Made by a program: the position numbers and the translations under genes. A DNA stretch of 64,000 nt from the NCBI RefSeq assembly GCF_009914755.1, contig NC_060935.1; one strand, given 5' to 3'. The notes under the pieces are model-generated. The model worked only from the letters and a program-made list of their open reading frames with translations, did no database searches and was not told the origin of the DNA. This DNA comes from the human T2T-CHM13v2.0 reference genome, Homo sapiens. Below are positions 24,740 through 38,149 of the stretch, one piece after another (the stretch's first letter is position 1; each line of letters opens with the position of its first letter).

Positions 24740-27617
24740 TCAACAGTACAGTATGATAAAGATTAAATGTATTCTATAAAATCTTACCTTTTTCTTTTCT
24801 TCATATTTAGTAAGAATTTATGTTGTTTATATTAGCATTATCTTTTCTTAAGAGAATAGTAATCTCTTAATGAGATTATTTCTTACAAGCCTTCATAAAA
24901 ATGGAAAACTTAAGTTTTTCATTCTAGTCCAAAAGCATATGGGAAAAACAGTTTCAGAAGCTTTAAATATTAACAAGAGGAACACAGCATAATGATACAG
25001 GGAAGAAGTGAGAGCATGAATGCTCAGAATTGCTTTTAGTGGAAAGAAGCAGCCAGCATTTGTTGAGAGCTAAAGATCTTTTTTTTTTAAATAGATATGA
25101 ATTTAATTGGCAGGACTTGGCATCATTTACAGGAAAACATGTTTTATTTATTTCAGTTTAAATATATTTCAAACACTATTTTAAAATACAGTTCTGCCAA
25201 GTGATGGGGCAGCTGTTAAGTGGTTCAGGATTTAATGCCCTCGTTAGCCTTTTGCCTCTAAGGCCCTTGATCTACCTCTATGTAATTAAGCTCATACATT
25301 AAATTAGTTTTATGGGATAAGGGAGCCCCAAGTGGTATGGACATTAGATACTAGGAAGACATTTTGGATAATTGGCAGTTTCAGCTTGAAAACCACTTGG
25401 GGTGAGAATGAATGGGTGCTCAAGTTTAAAAGGGCATCAGCAAAAATAAATACCAGTGATGAAATTGAACTCTTCCTTCCTGTTTTTAATCAGGGCCAAT
25501 CAGCAGCAAAATTATAAAGTAAATGAGAATGTCGTCATTGGAATTCCATCTCTATGAGTGTTTTTTCTACCTCTTTTCTCTCAAATTATCACAAAGTTGG
25601 AATTCCAACTCAAGCTGACTCTTAAGTAATATGTTGTACTTCAAATTATGAAATGTTTTATTTCAAAAGGAGATATCTGGAAAGAATAAAACAAATAGAA
25701 ATAAATTTCTCATATGAAGTTATCACCACTTAATTTACTCTATAAGTAGGGGAAAGTTTTGCATGTGTAGGAAAGCTTGAAATCATAGAATCAATATGAC
25801 CTTGCCCAGGGTTCAAATGCCTTGGTGGGTTACATGTTTTGTGTTGTAACAATCTGACCCTTGGGTCCATCTCATAGTGATTACACTCTCATGGGTGTAT
25901 TTTGGAGAGGATAAAAGGAGATATAAGGCTTGTAAAGTGTCTTGAATCATGTCTGACACAAAGTAAGCATCTCAGGTTGTTGGTTTTGTGCTTACCTGAC
26001 TCAATCCCTTCTTTGCTGAGTAGATCCTTTGCTCATTCTGCAAAACTGGCATTGCCTTTAGAATCACATGCAGAAATATCAGAGATGGCTGTTTTATTTC
26101 CATGGGGATATTATTATAGAATTTTACATCTGAAAGTGGCTTTAGTTTGCAAGTAAGAAAGCAGGTTGAGAGAGAAAGTGGCTTCTCCAAGGTCACAAAT
26201 ATAGCAGTAGCAGTAGTCTCAACTCCTAATTCGTCATGCTTCCTTTCCCTGAGCAGCAAGCAGGTGCTCAGTGGCAAATACTTGTCAGTGATTGATTGAC
26301 TAAGAATATTAAATTTTTCCATCTGGATGTGTGTATTTTGGGGGTCGCTGGAGTCTGAATTGGGGAGGAGGAACCTCACCGAAGTAGTTTCAGCCTATTT
26401 GGTTCCTATCTTTAGAAAAAAAAACTCCTTTAGCCAATGTTTTCAAAAGAATAATTGCATTATATTCATAACCAATTCAAACTCATTTAAACAACTATTT
26501 CTTTCCCATATAAGAAGCATGGTGAGCATTTCCACTCCATCTTGAAATAATATTTTCATTTTCAAGTCTAAACATAGTAACTAGCGTAAAGTCTATCTAA
26601 ACTTAGCCGCTAATAGCCCAGGCTGTTAAATTTGTCATTACAATAATTCTTTTTTTCCTGAGTGCAAAATTATCACAGCTTAAGATGAAACAATCTTTTG
26701 TTAAGCAACCAAAGCCATTGCTTTTAGTCACATGATTTACAGAAAATAAAGAGGGCCATACAACATATCTTACCTTGTATCAGCAGATGACAGAGCCGCA
26801 AGGTATTACACGACCATTTCCAATGAAAGGGATGGTAGGTGGTAGAGTTGGCAGCAATTACATTAGGTGGTGGGGTCTATAACCAGGAGGCTCTGTAATT
26901 ATTTTCAAGGGGACTGATATTCTTGTGAGGAAGAGGATGTGATGTGGTGCATATTCTATTGTCCATCATAATGAAAAAGTAAAATAAAGGAAAGTAAAAG
27001 GCTTTCTTGGTATTATTTCCTGACTCATTTGCCCTCTAAATGTGAGTGTAACATCACAATGAAATAATCTTCATACATAATGCTTTGCTCCTAGTTTCTT
27101 AAACTTGTATACGTTAAACAAAATTAAAATACAATTATAGACATTACCAGGAGGGAAGACAGTTTAGGAGGTCATCTAATTTGTCTCTTTAATTTATTGC
27201 TGGATCACATTTAAGTCACGCCAGGTGACGGAAACTTTCCTTAAAGTCAAATAGCTCTCATCTCTTGTGATAGAGTCTAGATCTTCTCATAAGGGACAAT
27301 TGACCAGTCACCACATTGCTATGGGTGTTTGGATAAATATGAAGGAGGGTGTTCAAATGCAAACGTCAATCTGAGGGTCTAAGACTGCTTTGGGATTTTA
27401 CACACTTTTAGATTATTTCCAAATTGCCATTAGGGATGAGCATAATCTGCATGAGTTACGATTGTCCATCACTATTTGGTATTTTCACATGACACTTTTT
27501 ACACCAGGAGTGGATATCAAACTATATAATACAAGAAAAAAATCATTCTCTCACAGTTGTCCTTGTTAGCCTTAAATTCTTTGGTCTATTATAACATACT
27601 CTCTCACCCTTCCTCTC

Positions 27618-28068
27618 TGTAATAGACAAAGATGGGCTGTCCAGATTCCCCTTCTGCCAAGGACTTGGCAGAAGGATTTGCTGCCAAGTATAGGGAGTGC
27701 CATCATCAGGCAGTCTCCAACTCTCAAATCCTACAAAGTTGGCCCCAGCTGGAGAATCACCTCGTCTGGAGTTTCATCCCTTACAGGGCAGCTTGCATCC
27801 CTTGACTAAGCGAGGTAGAGGTATCATAATATTCAGCCATTTCTACCTGATGTGGTCATGTGAGAAAACCCTGATGGGACAGTATTTACTCCAGAGCTCT
27901 CCACCAGGTTGCCCCATTTTTTTTGTTCTGTCTGTATTTCAGATTAACTCCTTTCTCTGCTGAATCCCTCACTGTCCCTCTTCCATTCACAGGTGCTGAT
28001 ACCCAATAAACAACTTGCACCCCAAACTTCATCCTAGCATTTTCTCCTAGAGAACTCAACTTGTGACA
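27618..28068 (+). mobile_element. LTR16-like ERVL solo LTR
   Basis: CCAGCTGGAGAATCACCTC...TTCACAGGTGCTGATACCCAATAAACAACTTGCACCCCAAACTTCATCCTAGCA...GAGAACTCAACTTGTGACA. Confidence 0.7.
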
Positions 28069-30287
28069 GCACTCCCAGTTTACTTGCTCCACTGTCCTTC
28101 CATCTTATATGCCTGATTAAACCCAACAATTTGCATACTTTTTACCTGTCCCCAAGCTGGTAAATGAGTCTGGAGAAAAACACACAACCATGCTGACTCA
28201 CTCTAAATTCATGATCACCTATCTCAAAAGGGCACTTGACCCTGTCAAAGGATCCTACTGTGCTCCTGGGCATGTACTCTGTGGAACTCTCTACGTTTTC
28301 CATTTCTATTTCTCTCTTAGTTTTAAAACATCAATGCTCTTGTTACTTTGCTTCATAATTTGGTTGGAAAGATCTAGAAGACCTCAACTTTACCGTTTGC
28401 TGAGAAGGAAAAATACATCTGGCAATGCCTTCCTCCCTTTTCCCCATCAAATCTATAAAACTCTCCTCATCCAGACCCATGCTCTCTCCTTTCCCTTCAG
28501 TTGGAGAAGTGTCCTTATAATCTAAGTCATTTTGTACCAATCTCATTAAATCTTCTCAAGGACATCATTTCTGCAGTGCTCCTCTCTTTTCTGGTAACAC
28601 CAGTTTTTCTCTATCTCCTGGCTCATTTACATCAGCATAACAATACACGTAGTAGAGGCAGACCAGCATAGTGAAGGGCAACTCATAACAGGGCTTAAAA
28701 GTATAAACTTGACAGTCAGCCTGCCTTGGTTTAAACACTGGCTCCAGCAGCCACCAGGTAAAGCACATTACCTTGCCATTCTATACCTCTCCCTTCTCAT
28801 CTATAAAAGGAAATCTTAGTAGTCCTTATCTCATAGGGATTTTGTGAGGATTTGTAAATAAAAATCAGGGGCTGTATTTATAATAGCCATTTGCACATAG
28901 TAACCACAAAATAAATAGTTAGAATTAGTAGTGTTCATATCTCCCATCCCAAATAGCATGCCAATAAACTCAAAAAACCTTTTTAAGCAAGTCTTCTAGA
29001 TCCTAGACCATTTCTCTGTTCTCCTTTACATCAAAAATTATAGATAACTCATACTTCACTCCCTCATGTTCTGTTCTCTCCTCAATGAACTATGAATGGG
29101 CTTCATTCTCCAGTCTTTTTCTGAGTCTTTGAAAAGGTCAGTCCACATGGCTAAATCCAGTTGCCATTTTTTCTGCCATTTTACATGTTCTCTCAGCATA
29201 TTTTGATGTAGTGACTATGGCATTTTAATTCAAACACGTTTTCTCTTGTTTATATGATGCCACAACTACTGGATTTTCTTCCAGCTCACAGATGGCACCT
29301 TCTCTGATTCCTTTGTGAACTCCTCTTGTTCCATTCAACCTCTAACTACTGCTTCTTTAGGTTCCTGTTGGGTTCTTTCTTCTACTTTTCCCTGATGACA
29401 CAATTTTCCCAGGTGATCTCATCTGCCCTTGTGGCTTTAACTAGCATTCTGTGGGCCGCTGACCTCCCAATTTAAGTTTCCTGCCCTGGTCTCCTTATTT
29501 ACTTACAAACATGCATATTCCAACACTTACTTGTTATCTCCACTGGATGGGCAAAACAAACTCTTCATTTTCCTCTCCACTTAAGCTTGTTTCTCCTCCA
29601 GTGTTCTCTATTTTAGTGAGTGGCAATACTTAGTTACTCAAGCCCCAAGCAAAACAAATCATATGTATCATTTCCTTTACATCATACCTACATATAATCT
29701 GTCAAAAACTTCTGTGTTTTCAAAATATAGCCCCAAACAGTCTACTTCTCTGTATCTCTACCATGTCTATTCAAGACACTATCTTACTTGTCCAGAATCC
29801 TGGAAGAGCCTCCCAACTGGTCTTCTTTTTTTTTTTTTCCCTTGCCTAATTAAAATCCATGACCACCTAAGCAGTCATAAAGACTTTTAATGCAAATTAA
29901 ATTATGTCACTTCCCTGCTTAAAATGCTCCAGTGATATTCCATACCAATAAAAATAACATTTGAACATCTCACTTTCCTTTCAAAGCTTCTTCCCTGCAT
30001 TCCTTAGGCATATGTGATATTTTCATTTTTCTTGAATAAAAAATTTCATTCGTATGGCCCTTGTACTTGCTTTTCTCTCTGCCGGGAGCATCCACTCTTC
30101 AGAACCTCATATAACTGACAGTTGTTCATCATTTAGTTCTTAACTTCAGCATTATCTTTTTAATGAGGTTTTCTTTCCCTGGCCACCTATTCTGATGCTC
30201 CCCTTCCCCATTGTCATTGTCAATCACATTATCCTTTTATTTTAATTCTAGTGTTTATCATTGTCTGTGATTATTCTATTCATTTGT

Positions 30288-30795
30288 TGCTATGGTTTGA
30301 ATATGATTTGTCTCCACCTCAACTCATGTTTCTTTAAGTGATGATTAAGTCATTAAGATGGATTAATGTCTGTCTCTGGAGAATGGGTAAGCACGAAAGA
30401 GAGCAGGTTGTTCTAAAGCAGGTCAGCCTCCTTTGCCCCCAGTCTCTTTTTTTTTTTTTTTTTTTGAGACAAGGTCTCACTTTGTCATCCAAGCTGGAGT
30501 GCAGTGGCATGATCTTGGCTCACTGCAAGCTTCACCTCCCAGGCTCACGCCATTCTCCTGCCTCAGACTCCTGTGCCCCCGTCTCTTACATATGTAGACA
30601 CTTGCTGCTCCCCACACGCTTCTGCCGTGTGATGCCATCTGCCAGGTCATGATGCAGCATGAGGCCCTTGCCAGATGTGGCTGACAGATCTCGAGTTACC
30701 CAAAGTCCGGAACTGTGAACTAAATAAACCTCTCTTCTTGATAAATTCCTCAGTCTCAAGTATTCTGATAGAGCAATAGAAAACAAACTAAGACA
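30288..30795 (+). mobile_element. MSTC/MSTD-type solo LTR carrying a truncated Alu
   Basis: TGCTATGGTTTGAATATG...GAACTGTGAACTAAATAAACCTCTC...GTATTCTGATAGAGCAATAGAAAACAAACTAAGACA; TSD TTTGT/TTTAT. Confidence 0.8.
30447..30571 (-). mobile_element. 5'-truncated AluY-type fragment
   Basis: Poly(T) plus GAGAC...CACTGCAAGCTTCACCTCCCAGGCTCACGCCATTCTCCTGCCTCAG; flanked by TTTGCCCCCAGTCTCT / TGTGCCCCCGTCTCTT. Confidence 0.85.
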
Positions 30796-31008
30796 TTTAT
30801 TTTCTCATTCATTGTCTATTTTTACTCACTAGAATGCAAGTTTCATGATAACAGGGTCCTTGTCTGTCTTGTGTATCAGCTTATCTCTGGCACATGGTAA
30901 AGGATAAAAAGTTAGTTTTTAAATTAATAAACTCTAGTGCTTCCATGCCTTAGGCCTGATTCTCACTCCATCTAAATTCACCTCTCTTTGTCTTTATATC
31001 AATGCTGC

Positions 31009-31510
31009 TTTCCTTCCTTCCGTCCCTCCCACTTTTCTCTTTTTTCCTTCTTTCCTTCCTTCCTTGCTTTCTCTCTCTCTTTTTTCTCCTTCTCTCTTTC
31101 TTTCTCTTTCTTCCTTTCCCTCTTTCTTTTTTCTCCCTCCCTCCTCTTCCTTCCTCCCTCCCTCTCCTTCCTTCCTCCCTCCCTCTCCTTCCTTCCTCCC
31201 TCCCTCCCTTCCTTCTTCCCTTCCTCCCTTTCTTCTTCCCTGCCTCCCTCCCTCCTTCCTTCCTTCCTTCCTTCCCTCCCTCCCTCTTCTTCCTTCCTCC
31301 CTCCCTCCCTCTTCTTCCTTCCTCCCTCCCTCCCTCTCCTTCATTCCTCCCTCCCTCCCCCTCCCTCTCCTTCCTCCCTCCCTCCCTCCCTCCTCCCTCC
31401 CTCCCTTCCTTCCTTCCCTCCCTCCCTCCTTCTCTCCTTCCCTCCTTCCCTCATTCCCTTCTTCGCTCTTTCCCTCTTTCCCACCTCTATTTTCTTTCTG
31501 TCTTTTCCCC
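31009..31510. repeat. ~500-bp polypyrimidine (TCCC/TTCC/TC) low-complexity tract
   Basis: Almost pure C/T on the + strand, with recurring ~21-bp units. Confidence 0.95.
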
Positions 31511-32280
31511 TGATACCTCCCCCTGCCAGGGTATAATCTTCATACTTTATTTGCACTCCAGTTCAGGGGCTTTTCCTACAAGGACCTTTCTGTAGGCAGC
31601 ACACCACCAATTTTGCTGTTTCCCAGAGACCCAGAGCTGGTCACTAACTCCAGTGGCTGGAGGTAATGGCTTTTATTTTGTGCATCCACAGAGCATTACA
31701 ATGTCAAGAAGACATCTCTTCTGGATGGGAAAATAGCTAGTTAATGAGGGGTGATGCCCTCTTTCTACTAGCTTTCAACCGAAAAAATGTTTATATTTTG
31801 AGAACTCTGCATATTCACCTGGTAAAAAAGGAACTCATATATGTTGGTCATTTGCTTAGAAAACTATTGTTTAGGTACATTCCTTTCAAAGTTCTTGTGC
31901 CTAAAATTTTTGCAGTGGATCCTAAAATGGCATAATCTATTCTGAAACAGCCTATTTCTGAGTGATAACTTTTCCATAGGTTTATCTAATATTTACCTGG
32001 CCAATTCAATAATATTTGTTTCTCAACAGCATTTACATAACATTCATCATTTGAATTTAGGTTCAAAGAAATCCAGTGTGGAAAAACTTTACCACATATA
32101 TGATCTACTTACAAGTTTCATTGACCATTACATCTGGCCTTTTCTCACAGTCAATTACATGTTATCAGAAAGGTGGAATTCAGGTTCTAGCTGCTCAAGG
32201 CTTCAGGTACAGTGCTTCAACACTGATTTTCCAGGAATCAGAGGCCCCAGATAGCAGTATTCTCTTTTCCATGGCTTCTA

Positions 32281-32330
32281 TTTCTAATGTGCAGGGTTTC
32301 TAATGTGCAGGGTTTCTAATGTGCAGGGTT
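32281..32330. repeat. 16-bp tandem repeat x3
   Basis: (TTTCTAATGTGCAGGG)3 followed by TT, perfect. Confidence 0.95.
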
Positions 32331-32759
32331 ATTTTTTTTTTTGTGAGTTCCTTGGAGGTTCTTTTTTGCTTGCTGTGAACACTGTTGAGACTTCATGTGT
32401 GATTATTTAGTGCCTAGTTGTGGTAATACTCTTGTATTTAACCCTTCATACTGGGGCAGCTCACTATTTTTTTGCTTCTTCAACTGTGATAACCTCCCAC
32501 CACTGTGGTTTTCAAAGTGGGACGTCAGCTTGTCTACTTGTGGAAAACAGCCATTTTCCCCAATAACGGGATAGGTACTTCATTTACCATGTGCTTTTCT
32601 GTCAGAAAAGATTAGCACTTGGGGAAGATACACAAAAGCAGGTCCTCTGGGGAAAACCAAACAGATGTGAACTCAGTTATCATTTTAACTGACAGTTGGC
32701 TAAAGCAGACCCTCATAACCCCAACTGTACTGACAACAATACTACTTTTTATCATTACA

Positions 32760-33450
32760 AAAATTAAATTATTAAAAATTCACAGTGTGCCAGACAGTAT
32801 GCTGTATATGTTACATGCATGAATTCATTTAATTCTCAATCCCATAAGTAGATTCCATTATTATCCACCCTACTTTGCAAATGAGGATCATAAGCACAGA
32901 AAGGTTAAGTGTCTTGGCCTTTATCATACAATTGGTGATGTTAGAGCCGGGATTCTAATATAGATGATGACTCTACAATCCATGCTTAACCACTCCAATA
33001 TTCCCCCATGTAGTGTCATTCCTTCTAACAATGTCCTTAGCTCTCCTTTCCTACAGGACTGTAGCTGGTGTGCCTTCAAGTGTTAAATTTAAATTATTTC
33101 CTGTATGTTCATTGTGGGTCAGCTTTTCTTTGTTAACAGAGAATCTAGGTGATATTTAATAGACCATGGTGATCAGCATAATAGACTTAGTTTTTTTGGG
33201 ATAACAATATTGATTTTGGAAAATACTTATTGACCACATGCCATGCACTGTGCTAAGAATGTCATACAAACTTGTGTATATTCTTCCAACAATACTGAGA
33301 TGTAAATGTTTTTACATTCAATTTAAAAATAAAGAAATTTAGGCTTAGAGAGTTAAGTGGTTTATCCAGTCTTGCAAAGATGGTAAGTAGGTGCAAGTGA
33401 AATTTGTATTTAGGTAAGTCAGCATCCTAAATCTATGTTATTTCTACCAC
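32760..33450 (-). mobile_element. Two MIR elements (~32760-33000 and ~33220-33450)
   Basis: GTGTGCCAGACAGTATGC...GCACAGAAAGGTTAAGTGTCTTGGCC...AGAGCCGGGATTC; AGGCTTAGAGAGTTAAGTGG. Confidence 0.7.
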
Positions 33451-33829
33451 ATTAGAGAGGAATGTCTGAAAAAGATGGTGCTAAAGAAGAATTTGAAATT
33501 ATGGAATGCCTAGTAGATGGAATCTGTAAAACAGCTATAATAATGCATCCAAAGATATCATGGGAAGAAGAACAGGCATCAACTGTTTTTCTGGGAAAGC
33601 TGTCAGTCATCACTTTGTTGCCTGCCATAGGACTGGGTAACAATGGTTAGTTGAGGACATTTTATCACACTGGTTTACTGTGATTCCTGTTTCTCTTATT
33701 ATTTGTTAAGTTATGCATCTTTTAACAATGTTTACAAACTACTGAATATATCTCTCAGTTCAACAAACAATTATATACAAAGCACAGTTGCAGGATTTCG
33801 CACAGGATACAAAGCATGACACAAAAATA

Positions 33830-34030
33830 AGTGTAAGAGCTTTAAAGCTGGGAGTATCCAGGTTAAAATTCTGCTTTCTCCACATAATGTGCAACCTGAG
33901 GCACGATACTTTATACCTTAATTTTCTCATTTGTAAAGGAGCATAATATCTACCTCATAGGGCTGTGGTGAGGATTAAATAGAGTATCTTAGCTTGGCAC
34001 TTAGAGTATAATGGGAATTAAATGACTTCC
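33830..34030 (+). mobile_element. MIR SINE
   Basis: CCTTAATTTTCTCATTTGTAAAGG...TCTACCTCATAGGGCTGTGGTGAGGATTAAAT. Confidence 0.75.
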
Positions 34031-34194
34031 TTCTCATTTTTTTTCTTTTAACAGAAAATACAATACAAAGGGCAAATAAGACAGTTTACAAAATTATTGT
34101 AATGATTCATAGGAAAGGTAAAAATATCAGTATGCTTCATTTCTTGATGGACTGAGATAGTAGACAAATAAAAAAATTGAAATAAAATAGGATA

Positions 34195-34565
34195 AAGACA
34201 CAATACTATAATCACGCAATGGGATACTACTCAGCAAAAAAAAGAAGAAACTATTACCACAACTAATAACATAGAAGAATCTCAAAAATATACTGAAGAA
34301 AAGAAACCAGGCACAATAGAGTACACACTGCAAGATTTCACTTACATCAATTTCCAGAATAGGCAAAACTCTTGTGATAGAAGTCATATTAGTGGCTGCT
34401 TCTGAGGTGGAGGGCCCTGCTGGAAAGAGGCATGGGGACATTTTCTCTGCTGGTGATAATGTTCTACACATTACTTAGGGTTGCCTGAATTAAAACTCTG
34501 TAAGCTGGACACCTAAAATCCATACATTTTCTCCATGCAAATTATAATGCAATTTAGAAAAATGT
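34195..34565 (+). mobile_element. Old L1 (L1MC/ME) 3' end
   Basis: CAATGGGATACTACTCAGCAAAAAAAAG...GAATCTCAAAAATATAC..AAAAGAAACCAGGCACAA..GAGTACACACTG...AGAATAGGCAAAACT. Confidence 0.75.
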
Positions 34566-35004
34566 GTCTATTCAGATTTAAAAGGGGAAGAAAGTAAACG
34601 TATTTGAGGGAATAAGGAAAGTTCAACAGAAGTGCTCCTGTAGGAGCTGTAATGATCAAAAGCTAATTGGAAGTGATGGGGAGGACATTTCAAGTAAGAG
34701 AACAATGGTGAGGACATGCAGGAAAAAAAAGAATGGGGATAGGAAGTGGGGAAAGATGCTGAGGTGATAGTGGGGCCAGATTGTAGGAGGCTTTATATAT
34801 CAGTTTGAGAGGTATTGGGCAAAATGAGACCACAGAAAATTTTCATTGTGGGAGATTGGTATACTTAAAACAATGCCTTAGAAAAATTATTCTGGCAGTT
34901 ACCTGTCAATTAAATAGAAGGTAGAGGAAACAGAGATATTGGGGTACTTAGAGGAACCAGTAGAAGAAAGACTGTTGTAGGAGAACCTATATCATGCTAT
35001 TTAG

Positions 35005-35667
<663 letters not shown>

Positions 35668-37440
35668 TTAACCTCCTTCTCAATTTGCAAGATAACAAGT
35701 ATGTCAGTGGCTCTAGTTGGTTTTATTCGACCACATTGACAGCTATCATTTTTGAAGTCTAAAAAAGAAAACATACCCTCCAACATGTGGTGATGCAGAG
35801 TTGCTACTAGAAGTCTAGCTAGATGACTGCTTAGAGGTCTCAGAAGGTAGTATTTTTCCCTGATAAAGTTGCTATATACCAGGGTTTGGGCAATACCTGC
35901 TCATAAGCTCATAAATTTTTCTTTAAAAAAATATATGAGACTATGAGACATGATCAGACATGAGTATCCTGACTCATGCTAACTAATCTCACAAAAGATT
36001 GATGTACAAATAAGAAAACCACTGATAAAAGTGTAACTAAGGGCACAACCCCAAAAAGGGTATATATTGACTGGGTGGGAACAAAAAATAGGGAAGTTCT
36101 AGAATTCTTCCAAGTAATAAAAGTACACTATGGAAACTGAAGTTACTATTCTCCTTGCAGCTAATGTCTAAGCACTTTATGCTCCCTACTCAGGCTCACC
36201 TCAGACTTTGAATAAGAAGCTAGTGGTACAGGAGCATGAATTGTGCAAAATCCATTCAGAGTATCAGAATTTTGTGGCGGATACATCCTGTGTGCAAAGG
36301 CAGCAGATTTAGTGTTCTTGTCAAATGCTCTGCATCAGTGATGTGTGCAGTGAGAGCTAAGAGTATATTCCATGAGGCAATGGCAATATGCTGTTTTCAT
36401 TTTATCAGTTTTGCAAATTTGCTTGCCATTCCTGCCCACAGCACCACTAACTATCCATAAGGCTCTCTATCACTATGCAATGATCTCTCTTAATGAACTT
36501 ATATGGGAGAATGGGGGAAAGTGGACTGTTAGTAAGGGTGTAAAGAGTTTCTCTGAAGTAGCTAGATTTTATACCTTCAGAAAAATCAGGAATGCATACA
36601 GTTTTAAAGCTTGAATAACCTTTGGAGACAATTTCTTATAACTCTTACTACACTTGCTGGAATCTGAGTTTCACCAGGACAAGGAACTCTACTTTACCAA
36701 TTCATCTTTATCTTTCCCCTTGCTTAATGCTGTGGCAGGCATGGGCGAATACTCAATAAATGCATTTTGATAAATAAACCATCTAGTTTCTGCCAGACAA
36801 GGACCTGGCTAAATGATTTTCTGCTAGGCCTTATCCCTCTAACAGGTGTGGCTGGCTTTATTAACTGATCAAGCTAATGTCTCCTTTCCAGCATCTCTTA
36901 TATATTATCTCAGAACTCTCTCTAGACAAAATTGATAGGAGTTGATATAGGGATTAAGAAAGTTGCCATTTCTGAAATCCAATATTGTCCATAGAGATGA
37001 GAATACTGAGATATAAGATGTTAAATATTTTGGATTTTTTATCCTTAGACCAGCAATGGGAAAGTTTATTATAATAACTATAACAAATTTGCTGATAAAT
37101 TTAAACATCTAAACTAACATATCTGGAGGTCAAAGAAAACAGTATTTTCAAGTGATTTTACAATTAATTTTTAAATTGCAGACTCTCTTTGGATGGTCTA
37201 CCAACTTTACAATTTTCTCTTCTCTGGGAACTGACATAATTTTTCAGATAACACACATACATGCTTGTGCAATCTAACCCCTGACCCCTGGCTATTTTTA
37301 ACTGGAGAAGTGATAGACACCTACCAAAAGCTGGGTCAATCATATTTTAGGGTCTTGGAAGTTTATGCTGTGAAGAAAAGTTGGGAGTTGAGTTGTGCAA
37401 CTGGTAGTTTTAGAGGGTAAGCTCTTAAAGTCTTCTAGTG

Positions 37441-37966
37441 CCTTGGTCCCAACCTTTTTGGCACCAGGGACTGGTTTCATGGAAGACAAATTTTCCATGG
37501 CCTGGGGGAGGAGACGTGGGAGGGATGGTTTCAGAGTGATTCAAGCACATTACATTTATTGTGCACTTTATTTCTGTTATTGCAGTGTAATATATAATGG
37601 AACAATTATACAATTTTCCATAATGTAGATTCAGTGGGAAACCTGAGCTTGTTTTCCTGCAACTAAATTGTCCCATCTGGGAGTGGTGGGAGATAGTGAC
37701 AGATCATCAGGCATTAGATTTTCATAAGAAACATGCAACCTAGATACCTTGCATGCACAGTTCACAATAGGATTTGTGTTTCTATGAGAATCTAATGCTA
37801 CTGCTGCTCTGACAGGAGATGGAGCTCAGGCAATAATGTGAGCATTAGGTAGCAGCCGTAAATGCAGATGAAGCTTTGCTCACTTGCCTGCTGCTCACCT
37901 CCTGCTGTGTGGCCTAGTTCCTAACAGGCCATGAGCCACTGTGATCTGGGGGGTTGGGGACACCTG
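37441..37966. mobile_element. MER1A (hAT-Charlie DNA transposon)
   Basis: GGTCCCAACCTTTTTGGCACCAGGGACTGGTTTCATGGAAGACAA...GGGGGTTGGGGACACCTG terminal inverted repeats; 8-bp TSD TTCTAGTG/TTTTAGTG. Confidence 0.9.
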
Positions 37967-38149
37967 TTTTAGTGCATTCCCTGGGGATGTCTAATTCTCC
38001 ATCTTCCCTGAGTCCTTGTTGCTCAGCATTTTTCGATATTACATGATATCCCTCAAAATAAGCTCCTTTTTCCCCCTTAAACTTCATTGAATAATTTCAT
38101 TGCTTATGCTTCTCTCAAACTGAGCAACTCATATATTTAAAAACTATTT

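Larger units (their letters stand above)
28150..30925 (+). mobile_element. Long L2 fragment interrupted by MIR (~28690-28930) and an MST LTR
   Basis: CTAAATCCAGTTGCCA...GATGCCACAACTACTGGATTTTCTTCC...AGCCTCCCAACTGGTCT...CACTTCCCTGCTTAAAATGCTCCAGTG...CACTAGAATGCAAGTTTCATGATAACAGGG. Confidence 0.8.

Noticed and set aside
25595-25610. 16-bp perfect palindrome AGTTGGAATTCCAACT
   Set aside because: About one such palindrome is expected by chance in 64 kb (4^-8 per position).
30988-31595. Long Ser/Leu/Pro- and Arg/Glu/Gly-rich ORFs (116-197 aa)
   Set aside because: Translations of the polypyrimidine tract, which cannot contain stop codons.
32281-32330. Short direct repeats as a CRISPR-like array
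   Set aside because: Head-to-tail with no spacers, and the DNA is primate; the 44-bp pair at 4568/4946 has only two copies.
33462-33650. 62-aa ORF starting MSEKDGAKEEFE
   Set aside because: No recognisable homology or supporting gene structure.
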